NCBI RefSeq assembly: GCF_036323395.1
Contig: NZ_AP028907.1
Span: 2,160,001 to 2,192,000 of the forward strand
From: Pyrodictium abyssi
GTDB lineage: Archaea; Thermoproteota; Thermoprotei_A; Sulfolobales; Pyrodictiaceae
Reading direction: 5' to 3'
DNA: 32,000 nt
Below the pieces are notes generated by a model, which did no database searches, was not told where the DNA came from, and saw only the letters and a program-made list of their open reading frames with translations. Positions within the stretch are counted from its first letter, which is position 1; every line of letters begins with the position of its first letter. The position numbers and the translations under genes are program-made. This document shows, one piece after another, positions 1 to 8,054 of this stretch.

Positions 1-462
1 CTTGTCCTCCAGCGTGCGGAGCACCAGGGGGTAGAGACCCTTCTCCACGTCCACGAAGGCTATGTCTAGGCTCTCGTCCGGGAGCCCCATGAGGTACTCC
101 ACGGCGTCCGCGCGGACGGCCTCAAGCTCTATGTTGCGGAGCTCAGCCTCCTCGAGGACCATCCGTAGCCGGTGGTACCGCGGCTCCTCCTTCTCCACGG
201 CGACGACCCGGCAGCGGCCTATACACGCCTCGTCTATCCCGCGGGCTAGCCAGAGCGTCGAGAACCCTATCCCCGCCCCCAGGTCCACGGCGAGTATGTC
301 CCGCTCGCTGCTACTATGCATTGTGGTGTACAGGTAGCCTATCGCGTAGAGCGCGGCCCCGTCCTCGCGCTGGATAGGCGTCAGCCCTATACGCGTAGAC
401 TCGTCCTCCACCCTGTAGAGGAGCTCGACGAAGTAGTCCTCGCCGCCCCCGAACGGTAGCAT
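1..462 (-). CDS. SAM-dependent methyltransferase (class I, O-methyltransferase-like); C-terminus lies beyond the window edge
   Basis: The minus-strand frame is open from position 1 to the ATG at 460-462. It is missing from the ORF track because no stop falls in the window. Own translation: MLPFGGGEDYFVELLYRVEDESTRIGLTPIQREDGAALYAIGYL...ILAVDLGAGIGFSTLWLARG...CRVVAVEKEEPRY...LDIAFVDVEKG. The DLGAGxG SAM-binding motif I and the following acidic strand ends are typical of Rossmann-fold methyltransferases. Confidence 0.7.
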   Translation of the reverse strand, partial: MLPFGGGEDYFVELLYRVEDESTRIGLTPIQREDGAALYAIGYLYTTMHSSSERDILAVDLGAGIGFSTLWLARGIDEACIGRCRVVAVEKEEPRYHRLRMVLEEAELRNIELEAVRADAVEYLMGLPDESLDIAFVDVEKGLYPLVLRTLEDK

Positions 463-852
463 CACAGTGCCCCGGCCTCGCTAGCAGGTTCTCGCCCGGG
501 AGCCCCTTGGCCCCTGGTGTAGGAGGCGGGGAGCCAGCCCCCGAGAAGCTAGGCGGCGGGGCCCAGGTTAAGAAGGTTATAGAACATGCATGGGGTGTTG
601 CTGCAGGCGTAGAGGAGATAAGGATGTGGCCCGGGAGGGCGTGGGAGAGCCCGTATACCGGGGTCTAACCCTAGCCACGTGTACGGGCCGCGGGTCTGCC
701 CCCGCTCCGCCGCCAGCATCCGGGGCACCCCCGGGCGATGGGCGGTACCCCTCCGGGTTCCCCCGCGGCCCACAACGCGCATAGCGCGGCTCTACGTCAG
801 CGTTATAGAGGGGGCTCCAGTGGACCCGCTTTAACCCGGGTAAAACGGGGCC

Positions 853-1626
853 TTGGTGGAGCTAGCGCCGGGCGTCGAGACTGTAGCGGACCTGCCGGCG
901 GCGTACATACGGAGGCTACGCGCACTAGTCCTGGCGGACACGCACCTGGGCTTCGAGGAGGAGGCGGCCCAGCAGGGCCTCTACGTGCCCAGGATACAGC
1001 TGCTACGCACCATGGAGGTGCTCCGCCAGGGCCTAGACCTCACCGGCGCCGACTGGGTGATACTAGCCGGCGACGTGAAGCACAGCTTCTCCAGGCTCCT
1101 CCGCAGCGAGCGCGAGGAGCTGTCCCGGGTCTTCCAGTACCTGGTCAGGGAGAGGAGCGTACGGGTCACCGTGGTCCGGGGCAACCACGACAACTACCTC
1201 CCAATAGTTGCCAAGGACTACGGGGTAGAGATAGTCCAGGAGCTCTACGAGAAAGGTGTGCTCGTCACCCACGGGCACAGGAAGCCCCAGGGCGGCTACC
1301 CCGGCAGAGTAGAGGTCGTGGTGATAGGCCACGAGCACCCCAGCTTAAGGCTACGCGACCGCCTAGGCTACGTGGCGAAGCTCCCCGCCTTCCTCTCAGC
1401 GCCCTACCCGGCTCTCCAGGCGCGCCTCGTAGTCCTCCCAGCCGTGGGCCAGTACCAGACTGGCACCACGATATCCCTCAGCCCCGACACCTACCTCTCC
1501 CCGATACTCCGCGAAGAGGTCCCCCTGGCCGAGGTCAAGCCCTACGTGCTCGCCGAGGAGCTAGGCGTGCTCGAGTTCCCCGAGCTAGCGCTCCTGGAGG
1601 ACCTCCTAGACCAGGTAGAGCTCTAG
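853..1626 (+). CDS. metallophosphoesterase (calcineurin-like phosphoesterase)
   Basis: 257-aa ORF with a TTG start. The ordered motifs LADTHLG (DxH), LAGDVKH (GD), VRGNHD (GNHD), THGH and GHEH are all present. A TATA-like TTATAGAG sits about 45 nt upstream (about 802-809). Confidence 0.9.
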   Translation: MVELAPGVETVADLPAAYIRRLRALVLADTHLGFEEEAAQQGLYVPRIQLLRTMEVLRQGLDLTGADWVILAGDVKHSFSRLLRSEREELSRVFQYLVRERSVRVTVVRGNHDNYLPIVAKDYGVEIVQELYEKGVLVTHGHRKPQGGYPGRVEVVVIGHEHPSLRLRDRLGYVAKLPAFLSAPYPALQARLVVLPAVGQYQTGTTISLSPDTYLSPILREEVPLAEVKPYVLAEELGVLEFPELALLEDLLDQVEL

Positions 1627-1632
1627 CCGCAG

Positions 1633-1732
1633 CCCCGGGGGTGATGAGCAGGCCGGCTAGCCCCCGGCCCCCACCGAACCCCCGCCAGCCCCCAAGGGGA
1701 TGTGGCTGCCGCGGTTTACTGACCCCCCGGGG
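1633..1732 (+). ncRNA. candidate C/D-box sRNA-like element (non-canonical length)
   Basis: It lies in the 107-nt gap between two convergent stop codons. C box GUGAUGA is at 1641-1647 and D box CUGA at 1719-1722. The flanks CCCCGGGG (1633-1640) and CCCCCCGGGG (1723-1732) can form the terminal stem. A degenerate C' box GGGAUGU sits near 1697-1703. No clean D' box was found, and the 82-nt C-to-D distance exceeds the usual 50-60 nt. Confidence 0.3.
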
Positions 1733-1733
1733 C

Positions 1734-1982
1734 CTAGGCGTGCTCGAGTATGTCCGCTGCCTGGGGGAGCAGGTGCCAGTCGAGGCAGCCACGGAGCCGG
1801 AGCACGTCAGCAGCCTGCCGTAGCAGCGCAGCAGCATACTCCGCGTCCTCCGGGCCACCAGCGCCCGACGCCAGGTCCTCGATTAGTCTCAGCGCCTCCC
1901 CGAGCTCCGGCGTAGAGCCGCAGGAGAGCTCCACAGCTCGGGCCACCGCGTAGGCCTCCTCGAGAGCGCGCCGGTACACCAT
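1734..1982 (-). CDS. small hypothetical protein (82 aa, helical)
   Basis: The ORF-track entry 1734..2111 was trimmed to the internal ATG at 1980-1982 (MVYRRALEEAYAVARAVELS...). That ATG shares one nucleotide with the TGA stop (1982-1984) of the upstream hydrolase gene (TGATG junction), which suggests translational coupling. No recognisable family. Confidence 0.5.
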   Translation of the reverse strand: MVYRRALEEAYAVARAVELSCGSTPELGEALRLIEDLASGAGGPEDAEYAAALLRQAADVLRLRGCLDWHLLPQAADILEHA

Positions 1983-2875
1983 CAGCCACCGGCCCCCGGA
2001 GGGCACTCCTCGTGCGCCAGCTCTATCAGCATGTCTGCGTAGCGGCCCGGGCCAAGCACATCCACCGCCTCCACGTGGCCAGCCCCAGGGACCTCGACGA
2101 GACGGCCACACGGGCTACGGGCCGCCAGGCTCCTCGCCTCGTCCCTTGTCACCAGCGGGTCCCGGGGCCCATACACCACCAGCAACGGCTTATCCACGCG
2201 CTCCACCCCCGCGGGGCCGAAGTCGAGGTCAACGCCCGCCATCAGCCTCCCGTAGAACCCGGCCAGCACGCCCACCCAGCCCGGCAGCGGCGTCTTGTAC
2301 TCCAGCCACCGGGGTATGACGTCCCGGAGCCTGTAGTACGGGCTATCAGCAGCCACCGCGTAGACCCGCGGGTCCCCAGCACCCTCCACGATCGCTACAG
2401 CGCCGCCCATACTGAACCCCACCAATATTATCCGGCGGCCGGGGAACCGCTCCGAGACATAGCCCACCACAGCCCGGGCATCCAGCACCTCCCGGGGCCC
2501 AATCGTCGTCGAGCCCCCGCTCAGCCCGTGGCCCCGGAAGTCGAACACAGCCACCGGGTACCCCCGCTCCACGAGCCCCCGGGCCAGCACAGCCACGTAG
2601 GGCGACGAGCGGCACCCAGTATACCCGTGCATCAACACGAACACAGCATCGCCCCCAGCACCGGGGCCCAGCACCCAGCCCCGAACCACCACACCATCCT
2701 CCGCGGTCACGCTGAACTCCTCGTAGCTGAGCCCTTCCGGCGCAACGGGCTGGCAGCTCTCCGGGTGGAGGCTGCTATACGCTACATAGGCCGGGACAAC
2801 AACGAACACGACAAGCGCCAAGGCAGCCACAACGGCCAGGAGCAGCCTCTTACCGCGCTGGCCGAGCCCAGGCAC
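1982..2875 (-). CDS. alpha/beta-fold hydrolase with N-terminal membrane anchor
   Basis: 297 aa. It has a hydrophobic N-terminus (LLLAVVAALALVVFVVVPAYV), an HGYTG oxyanion-type motif, the nucleophile elbow GFSMGG and a C-terminal VPGAGH catalytic His context. Confidence 0.85.
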   Translation of the reverse strand: MPGLGQRGKRLLLAVVAALALVVFVVVPAYVAYSSLHPESCQPVAPEGLSYEEFSVTAEDGVVVRGWVLGPGAGGDAVFVLMHGYTGCRSSPYVAVLARGLVERGYPVAVFDFRGHGLSGGSTTIGPREVLDARAVVGYVSERFPGRRIILVGFSMGGAVAIVEGAGDPRVYAVAADSPYYRLRDVIPRWLEYKTPLPGWVGVLAGFYGRLMAGVDLDFGPAGVERVDKPLLVVYGPRDPLVTRDEARSLAARSPCGRLVEVPGAGHVEAVDVLGPGRYADMLIELAHEECPPGAGG

Positions 2876-2953
2876 ACCGAGCCACCCCCGTGTCTACAGC
2901 TACGCCCCGGGCTAGGACACCGGGTAACCACGTATACCCGGCCAGAAACCAGT

Positions 2954-2972
2954 AAAATGCAAAATGCAATGC
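2954..2972. promoter_or_regulatory. AT-rich tandem heptamer (AAAATGC x2 plus AATGC) in a divergent promoter region
   Basis: AAAATGCAAAATGCAATGC is the most AT-rich patch between the divergent hydrolase (start 2875, minus) and vapB-like (plus) genes. It probably carries TATA/BRE function, but no direct evidence supports that. Confidence 0.3.
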
Positions 2973-3067
2973 TAAATCCTGTAACAGCACGATAGGAGGC
3001 ATCACCTGAGGAGAATGAATGTTGCAGGGCCGGCAGGACGCCGCCATGGAGAGGTATACGTAAGGTT

Positions 3068-3370
3068 GTGCGCTCGTCTACCCTCTTGGGGTTCCATAAG
3101 TATTGTACTGCTGTGCGCGACAGGTGCACCACTGTGCTCGGCGAGGATGTAGCGGAGGAGCTGGGGCTAAGGCATTGTGAGAGGTTGGTGGTGACGGTAG
3201 AGGATGAAGGGGCCACGCTGCATATCCGTGTGCTGAGGGCTCGTGGCGGGGCTGTTGACGCTCTTAGGGAGCTTGAGGAGATACTGAGGAGGGTGGAGGA
3301 GAAGCGTGTAAGGGTCGACCGGATACCGGAAAGGTGGGAGCTATATGAAGAAGGGGCTGGTGGGCATTGA
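3068..3370 (+). CDS. vapB: AbrB/SpoVT-type antitoxin (VapB-like); true start probably downstream of 3068
   Basis: The core TTVLGEDVAEELGLRHCERLVVTVEDEGATLHIRVL fits the swapped-hairpin AbrB/MazE pattern (xIPkevreklGl..gd.v.v.v.dg.i.i). The 3' end overlaps the downstream PIN gene by 26 nt. TATA-like GGTATACGTAAGG lies at 3051-3063, so an internal GTG start (VRDRCTT...) is likely. Confidence 0.6.
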   Translation: MRSSTLLGFHKYCTAVRDRCTTVLGEDVAEELGLRHCERLVVTVEDEGATLHIRVLRARGGAVDALRELEEILRRVEEKRVRVDRIPERWELYEEGAGGH

Positions 3371-3767
3371 TACGAACATCCTTGTGCACGCGCTGATAGT
3401 GCAGGACGAGGCGAAGCACGAGGCTGCCAAGAGGCTGCTCCGGGATATAGTGGAGCATGGCGACAGGTACATTCTGAGCTACCAGGTGATAGGCGAGCTC
3501 TATAGCACGATGCTAAGGATCGCGCCCAGCCTCATGGAGGAGGCTATAGCGCTAGCCCGCCTCCTAGCGCGTAGGTTGAGACTCATACACTACACGGCAA
3601 GCGAGCTAGAGAACGCGACGAGGACGAGCACGCCCAAGAGGTTCTGGGACACCGTGCTGGCCCTAACCTATCGGAGGCATGGAGCCACCCTCATACTCGC
3701 CGAGAACACCCAGGACTTCCGCGGGCTAATACAGGCAATGAACCCGTTCACAGGTGAAGAGGCGTGA
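3345..3767 (+). CDS. vapC: PIN-domain ribonuclease toxin VapC
   Basis: 140 aa. It has the N-terminal GIDTNILVHAL acidic motif and the C-terminal ILAENTQDF (T.N..DF) motif typical of PIN/VapC, and it directly follows an AbrB-type antitoxin. Confidence 0.8.
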   Translation: MKKGLVGIDTNILVHALIVQDEAKHEAAKRLLRDIVEHGDRYILSYQVIGELYSTMLRIAPSLMEEAIALARLLARRLRLIHYTASELENATRTSTPKRFWDTVLALTYRRHGATLILAENTQDFRGLIQAMNPFTGEEA

Positions 3768-3883
3768 ACACCACCTGTGTGCACAGAACCGCGTCCCCCC
3801 GTGGCGCATATAGCGGCTGTCTAGAGGCCCCGACGAGAACCAAACGTAGGGAAGCCTTCATGCCGATCGGTGTGTGAGGTGAT

Positions 3884-4142
3884 AGCCCCGGGAGGAGACC
3901 GACGGCTGCCCGCCAAGAAGCGAGAAGGAAGGATAACGGAATAGCCTCACCGGGTGTCTACGGTCCAGGCGCTCCACGCGCCGTGTCTTCAAGGCAGTTT
4001 GCTGGTATGTCGGGGCCCACTGGAAACTGAAAGCTGCGGGCGGCTACGGCCGGGTAACACGGATAGCCAGCCGGGGAACGGCATCAGTTGCGATAGACAG
4101 CTGCTGCGCCTTCTTGCGGTGCCTGCCCGGCTGCCCGGGGCT
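3884..4142 (+). ncRNA. candidate structured non-coding RNA (identity unresolved)
   Basis: The gap 3768-4278 is 510 bp with only compositionally implausible ORFs. Possible nested long-range pairings are AGCCCCGGG (3884-3892) with CCCGGGGCU (4134-4142), and CAAGAAG (3914-3920) with CUUCUUG (4110-4116). Local hairpins are GGCGC-UCCAC-GCGCC (3968-3982) and GGCUA...CCG-GGUAACA-CGG...UAGCC (about 4041-4068). GNRA-like loops (GGAAAC, UGAAAG, GGUAAC, GGGAAC) occur only on the plus strand. UGAAAGCUGCGG resembles RNase P CR-II, but the CR-I consensus is absent. Confidence 0.25.
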
Positions 4143-4278
4143 TCTCGGCTGGGGCTCTGCTAGCCTCCCGGGGCCCGGCGGCCCTGGGCGCGTGGCTAGG
4201 GGTAATACCCACGGCGGTTGACTGTGTAGTGCTGGGTTGCACTGTACGCGGTGGCTGGGCGTGGTCATTGTGGCTGGG

Positions 4279-6492
4279 TTACCTGCTCTCGTTGTCCTCG
4301 GCTTGGCTGTCTAGTAGGGCGTCGACCAGCGCTGCAATGGCCGAGGCTATGGCGGCTGCGCGGAGGAGCAGGGGGCTGCCGAGCAGCACGGCGGCGGCCG
4401 CGAAGGCGATGAAGGGCCAGGGCGTGTAGCCCCTGCTCCTCGGCGGGGCTGCGGCCAGCACGGCTATGGTGTCGGGGCTGTAGGCGGCTAGGAGCGCTAG
4501 TATGGCGTGTGGCCGGGCCTCGAGGAGCGTGGCGGTGGCAGCGCCGGCTAGGGCCGCGGCCACGGGTATAGCTGGCCCGCTGGGCTCTGGGCCTGCTACG
4601 GCTGCTGCTAGGCTGTAGCCGGCTGCGAGGCCTAGCAGGTAGAGCGCCCGTCTGGCGCGGCTCCTCTGGAGCCCCGCTAGCCCCGCGTACAAGGGGCTTG
4701 GCGCTAGCATCCCGGCGAGTAGGCCGTCGAAGAGCCCTGGGCTGGCTAGGGCGGCTGCTGCTAGCACGGGGGCGAATACGCCGGCGGGCCCCGTGTAGGC
4801 GAGCAGGCCTGCGGAGAACCACATGAGCACGGTCTTGGCTGCGCGGTGGCGGCCGGCGGGGGCGTGTAGCGCTGCTAGCCGGTAGCCTAGCAGCCCGTAG
4901 AACCCGGCCCCGGCGGCTGCGAGGCCCAGCCTTGTGAGCTTGTCCCCGTAGGCTAGGGCGGCGTGTAGGAGCGGAGCCTCGCTGGGCTCGGTGAACCCGC
5001 TCCACGGGGTGCCCCCGGCCAGCGCCGCCGAGGCCAACGCGCCTGCTGCGGCCGCGGCGCCGGCTAGCCAGCGGGCCGCCGTCTCGGTGGCGAGGCACTC
5101 GCTTAGCCCGCTGCGGCTGAGGCCCCGGACGGCGGAGGCCGAGAGCACGGGGGCTAGGGCTAGCACGGCGCCGGAGAGCATGGAGAGCTGTACGCCGTAG
5201 AAGTTGTAGAGTGTGTGGTTGCCGGCAGCGTAGACCGCGGCGTAGCCAGCCACCGCCGAGACCAGGGCTGCCGCGGCGGCTGCTGGGCCGGGCTCGCAGC
5301 CCCGCCCGCGGCACGCGCTCAGCCCGGCGGCGGCTAGGGCGGCGGACGCGACTAGGAGAGCGGGAAGGGTCACCAGGGGGCTGGAGGCCGCGGTGAGGAG
5401 CGGCTTCCCCTCGACGTAGTGGAGGACGAAGCCCGGGGTGCCGAGGAGTAGCCCCAGGGGGGTGGTGGAGGGAGGGCCGCCGGCTGGCCGGCTGGTTGTA
5501 TGCCACTTGAGCGAGCCGAGGACCTCGTTCATCCATGCCGAGGGGCCCATCCACTCGATGAACGGGGCCCAGGAGGCGAGCACCACGGCGAAGGGCAGCG
5601 CTAGGAGCAGCAGAGTCCTGCCTGTGGGCCAGCCGCGGAGCCGGGCGTAGACCAGGAGCGCGGGGAGTACGAAGAGCCCCGTGTACTTCGCCGAGCCCGC
5701 GAGCCCTACGAGGAGGGCCGCGGCCAGGGGCCTACCGTAGAGGAGCGCAGCGGCCGCGAGCGCGTCGAGGCTCGCAGCGTAGACGTCGAGCATGCCCACC
5801 GCGGACATTGCCCGGACGTTCTCGTCGAGCATGACGAGCACGACCGGCGCCGCTGCGGCTGCTAGGCCGAGGGGCCCGGGGGCGCGGCGGGCAACCCAGT
5901 ACGCAGCGGCTGCGACGGCTGCTAGGCCCAGGGCGCCGGCCGCGAAGCTGGCTGCCCGCCAGACCCAGTAGCGGAACCCGAACGCGTCTATCAGGGCGGC
6001 GAAGATGTACTTGGCTAGCGGCGGGTGCTCCGTGTTGAGGTAGTTGTTTATATCCCGCTTGTCCGGCATCACGCCGGGAACCACGTCGAGGAAGCAGGTA
6101 GACACGTAGGGCAGTAGTACTACGCGCTCGTGGGCCCGTGCCGGGGCCTCGACGAGGAGCGCGTGCACCTCGCGGTACTGCTTGTCGAGTAGCCGGGCGC
6201 CAGGCACCTCTTCGAGCAGGAGGAGGCCAGCCTCGGCGGCAGTGCACTCGCCCGGGTTGTAGAACACGGTGTAGACGGCGTGGGTCCGGTTCACTAGCGG
6301 GACCGGGTCCCAGCCGAGCACCTTCCGGGCCACGTTCACCGCGGAGGGGACGTACCACACCTCGTCGCTCACGTAGTCCTCTATCACGATTGTCTTCGAG
6401 AGCCCGCCCACGTAGAGCACAGTGAGCGAAGCCAGGTACGCGGCAGCCACGACGAGCACTGCGAGCCTTGTACCCGCGCTATGCGCTGTCAA
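4279..6492 (-). CDS. GT-C fold membrane glycosyltransferase, dolichyl-phosphate-mannose protein mannosyltransferase (PMT/GT39)-like
   Basis: 737 aa and polytopic (long Ala/Leu/Gly-rich TM segments). The first extracytoplasmic loop has SDEVWYVP (the DE motif of PMTs), and EHPPLAKYIFAAL matches the HPPLxK motif of the PMT/PMT_2 families. About 115 aa are inserted between the two motifs. Confidence 0.8.
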   Translation of the reverse strand: MTAHSAGTRLAVLVVAAAYLASLTVLYVGGLSKTIVIEDYVSDEVWYVPSAVNVARKVLGWDPVPLVNRTHAVYTVFYNPGECTAAEAGLLLLEEVPGARLLDKQYREVHALLVEAPARAHERVVLLPYVSTCFLDVVPGVMPDKRDINNYLNTEHPPLAKYIFAALIDAFGFRYWVWRAASFAAGALGLAAVAAAAYWVARRAPGPLGLAAAAAPVVLVMLDENVRAMSAVGMLDVYAASLDALAAAALLYGRPLAAALLVGLAGSAKYTGLFVLPALLVYARLRGWPTGRTLLLLALPFAVVLASWAPFIEWMGPSAWMNEVLGSLKWHTTSRPAGGPPSTTPLGLLLGTPGFVLHYVEGKPLLTAASSPLVTLPALLVASAALAAAGLSACRGRGCEPGPAAAAAALVSAVAGYAAVYAAGNHTLYNFYGVQLSMLSGAVLALAPVLSASAVRGLSRSGLSECLATETAARWLAGAAAAAGALASAALAGGTPWSGFTEPSEAPLLHAALAYGDKLTRLGLAAAGAGFYGLLGYRLAALHAPAGRHRAAKTVLMWFSAGLLAYTGPAGVFAPVLAAAALASPGLFDGLLAGMLAPSPLYAGLAGLQRSRARRALYLLGLAAGYSLAAAVAGPEPSGPAIPVAAALAGAATATLLEARPHAILALLAAYSPDTIAVLAAAPPRSRGYTPWPFIAFAAAAVLLGSPLLLRAAAIASAIAALVDALLDSQAEDNESR

Positions 6493-6711
6493 GCCCCTAT
6501 TGCCTCCTCGACCCCAGGGGCTCCATCCACGCGGGAAGGAGCATCCCCCTCGGGATACTTATACGGTGGCACCCGGCATGAAGTGGTTCATCACTATACT
6601 GCACAAACGATATAACTTCAAGACACGTATTATGGTTTAATTAGAGCGTGGAAAGGCTTCGGCTTCGCTGAAGCCCTTCACACTCTATACACGCTTTACA
6701 CTGGGGGCAAC

Positions 6712-7932
6712 ATGGTCATGCCTTCCTACAGGAGACTAGCCGGACTCTCTTCTACCACAGCGGTAGCCATAATCACCCTCATAGCCGTGGTCAGCGGTGT
6801 AATGATCTACATGTGGGTGAGCAAGGGAGTTGAGCAGCAAGCTGGGGAGGCCAGCGAGACGGGGAGAATCATCAGCGGCGCGGTGAAGATAGACGCTATA
6901 CAGGCTGGCCCAGGCTACGTGCTCGTCTACGCGCGTAGCCTCGGAGGCACCTATACTGTGGACCACGTCTACCTCTACGACTCCGCGGGGAGGCTCCTCG
7001 GTGAGCTGGAGCCCCAGCCGCCCATACTACTCCGGCCCGGCGAGCCAACAGTCATAGCCATACCGCTCCTCCTAGTCGAGGAGGCTAGAGGGTACCAGGG
7101 CAGGGTGCGGGTAGTCCTCTCGACCCGGGCGGGCAAGCTGAGCGCATGGGGCACAGTAGACCTCACGGCGGCGGCGACCTACTCCACCGTGGTGGGCCTC
7201 CTAGCCGGCCGCGACGTGTCATGCAGACTGGGCGACCGGCGGGTAGACGTCAACCAGATACACTGGCTCTACGTGGACGTGGCCACTGGGCGCTACAGCT
7301 TCCGCTACATAGGAGGGGGCAGCGTCCAGAGCCTCGAGGGTACGGCCAGGGTGATAGCGGACTCGAACGTGCTCGACTTGAGCAAGATGACGCCAGAGGA
7401 GAGGTACAGCCTAGGCCCGGTAGTGGTAATCGTAAACCCGTACCGCGCGGCCAGGGACTACGAGGTAACAGTCATCGATACATACGGCGGTAGGCACACG
7501 TTCCCCCTCCCACGGCTGGTGGACGACCCGGCTAAGGTTGTGATAGACGTGGTGGTCCTATGGGAAGACCTGTGGACCCCCGCGAACCGGCCGTCGCCCC
7601 AGCGCGGTAAGAACTACCTAGACAACTACATAGACCACGTGATAAGGGTCACGGTGTTCACGAACTCCACCGCCCGGATCGAGGTGCTGCATGCTAGCGG
7701 CTGTTTCCTACACATGTTCATGTATAGCCCGAGGGGGCTCCCCAGCTTCGACAGCGTCCCGGACATCGTGGAGGAGTACATGGCCAGCAGCTACCGGCTC
7801 CCGCGGGACCGCGGCGTTGTCTACGTGAAGAGCCACAGGGCAGCTGTGCCGCCGCTAGAAGACAGGGACATCTGGGACCCCGTAGAGGGTAGGTGGGTCA
7901 TGAGCTGGCCGCCAGTGTTCACGGTCGGGTAG
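6712..7932 (+). CDS. secreted protein with archaeal class III (type IV prepilin-like) signal peptide
   Basis: 406 aa. The N-terminus MVMPSYRRLAG/LSSTTAVAIITLIAVVSGVMIYMWV has a basic n-region, a G at -1 and a hydrophobic helix ending in Y.W, as in archaeal pilins and archaellins processed by PibD/FlaK. The rest is a large beta-rich soluble domain. Confidence 0.7.
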   Translation: MVMPSYRRLAGLSSTTAVAIITLIAVVSGVMIYMWVSKGVEQQAGEASETGRIISGAVKIDAIQAGPGYVLVYARSLGGTYTVDHVYLYDSAGRLLGELEPQPPILLRPGEPTVIAIPLLLVEEARGYQGRVRVVLSTRAGKLSAWGTVDLTAAATYSTVVGLLAGRDVSCRLGDRRVDVNQIHWLYVDVATGRYSFRYIGGGSVQSLEGTARVIADSNVLDLSKMTPEERYSLGPVVVIVNPYRAARDYEVTVIDTYGGRHTFPLPRLVDDPAKVVIDVVVLWEDLWTPANRPSPQRGKNYLDNYIDHVIRVTVFTNSTARIEVLHASGCFLHMFMYSPRGLPSFDSVPDIVEEYMASSYRLPRDRGVVYVKSHRAAVPPLEDRDIWDPVEGRWVMSWPPVFTVG

Positions 7933-8054
7933 CGGGTCCCGAAGCCCGGCTGTAACCTAGATATGGGTATGCCCGGGGGCGCGTTAGCCCCCGAGGACGC
8001 TGAGGGCCGGCTGGAGGGCCTGGCGGCCGGGTTCTATGGTGCCTTGGGGTCGCT

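Noticed and set aside
685-771. An 87-nt GC-rich long hairpin (GGGCCGCGGG ... CCCGCGGCCC with an internal CCGGGG/CCCCGG stem) followed by CCA, in the 390-bp gap upstream of the phosphoesterase gene. Considered as a tRNA or other RNA.
   Set aside because: Neither strand gives a cloverleaf: there is no T-loop (GTTCRANY), no U8, and no D or anticodon arms. My rough estimate is that several 10-bp inverted repeats within 100 nt are expected by chance in a window this GC-rich, so the evidence is insufficient.
738-1823. Long ORFs in the track with Arg/Pro/Gly/Ala-rich translations. Examples: 738..1823, 2012..2995, 4265..5554, 5732..6358, 9603..10433, 11735..12418, 13283..13867, 20986..21417 and 26467..27051.
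   Set aside because: They overlap confidently identified genes in other frames or on the opposite strand. Their low-complexity RPGA-rich composition is typical of off-frame reading of GC-rich coding DNA, and none has recognisable motifs.
3902-4137. A 10-nt direct repeat CGGCTGCCCG (3902-3911 and 4128-4137) with imperfect inverted termini, considered as a MITE with a target-site duplication.
   Set aside because: A 10-nt GC-rich direct repeat at this spacing is expected by chance many times per window. The putative inverted repeats do not abut the direct repeats.
3884-4142. A firm call of RNase P RNA or SRP RNA for the structured-looking gap region.
   Set aside because: The near-invariant CR-I motif GAGGAAAGUCC is absent on both strands, and no SRP helix-8 GGAA-tetraloop/AGCA motif is present. 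Only partial CR-II- and CR-V-like strings are seen. It is kept as an unidentified candidate.
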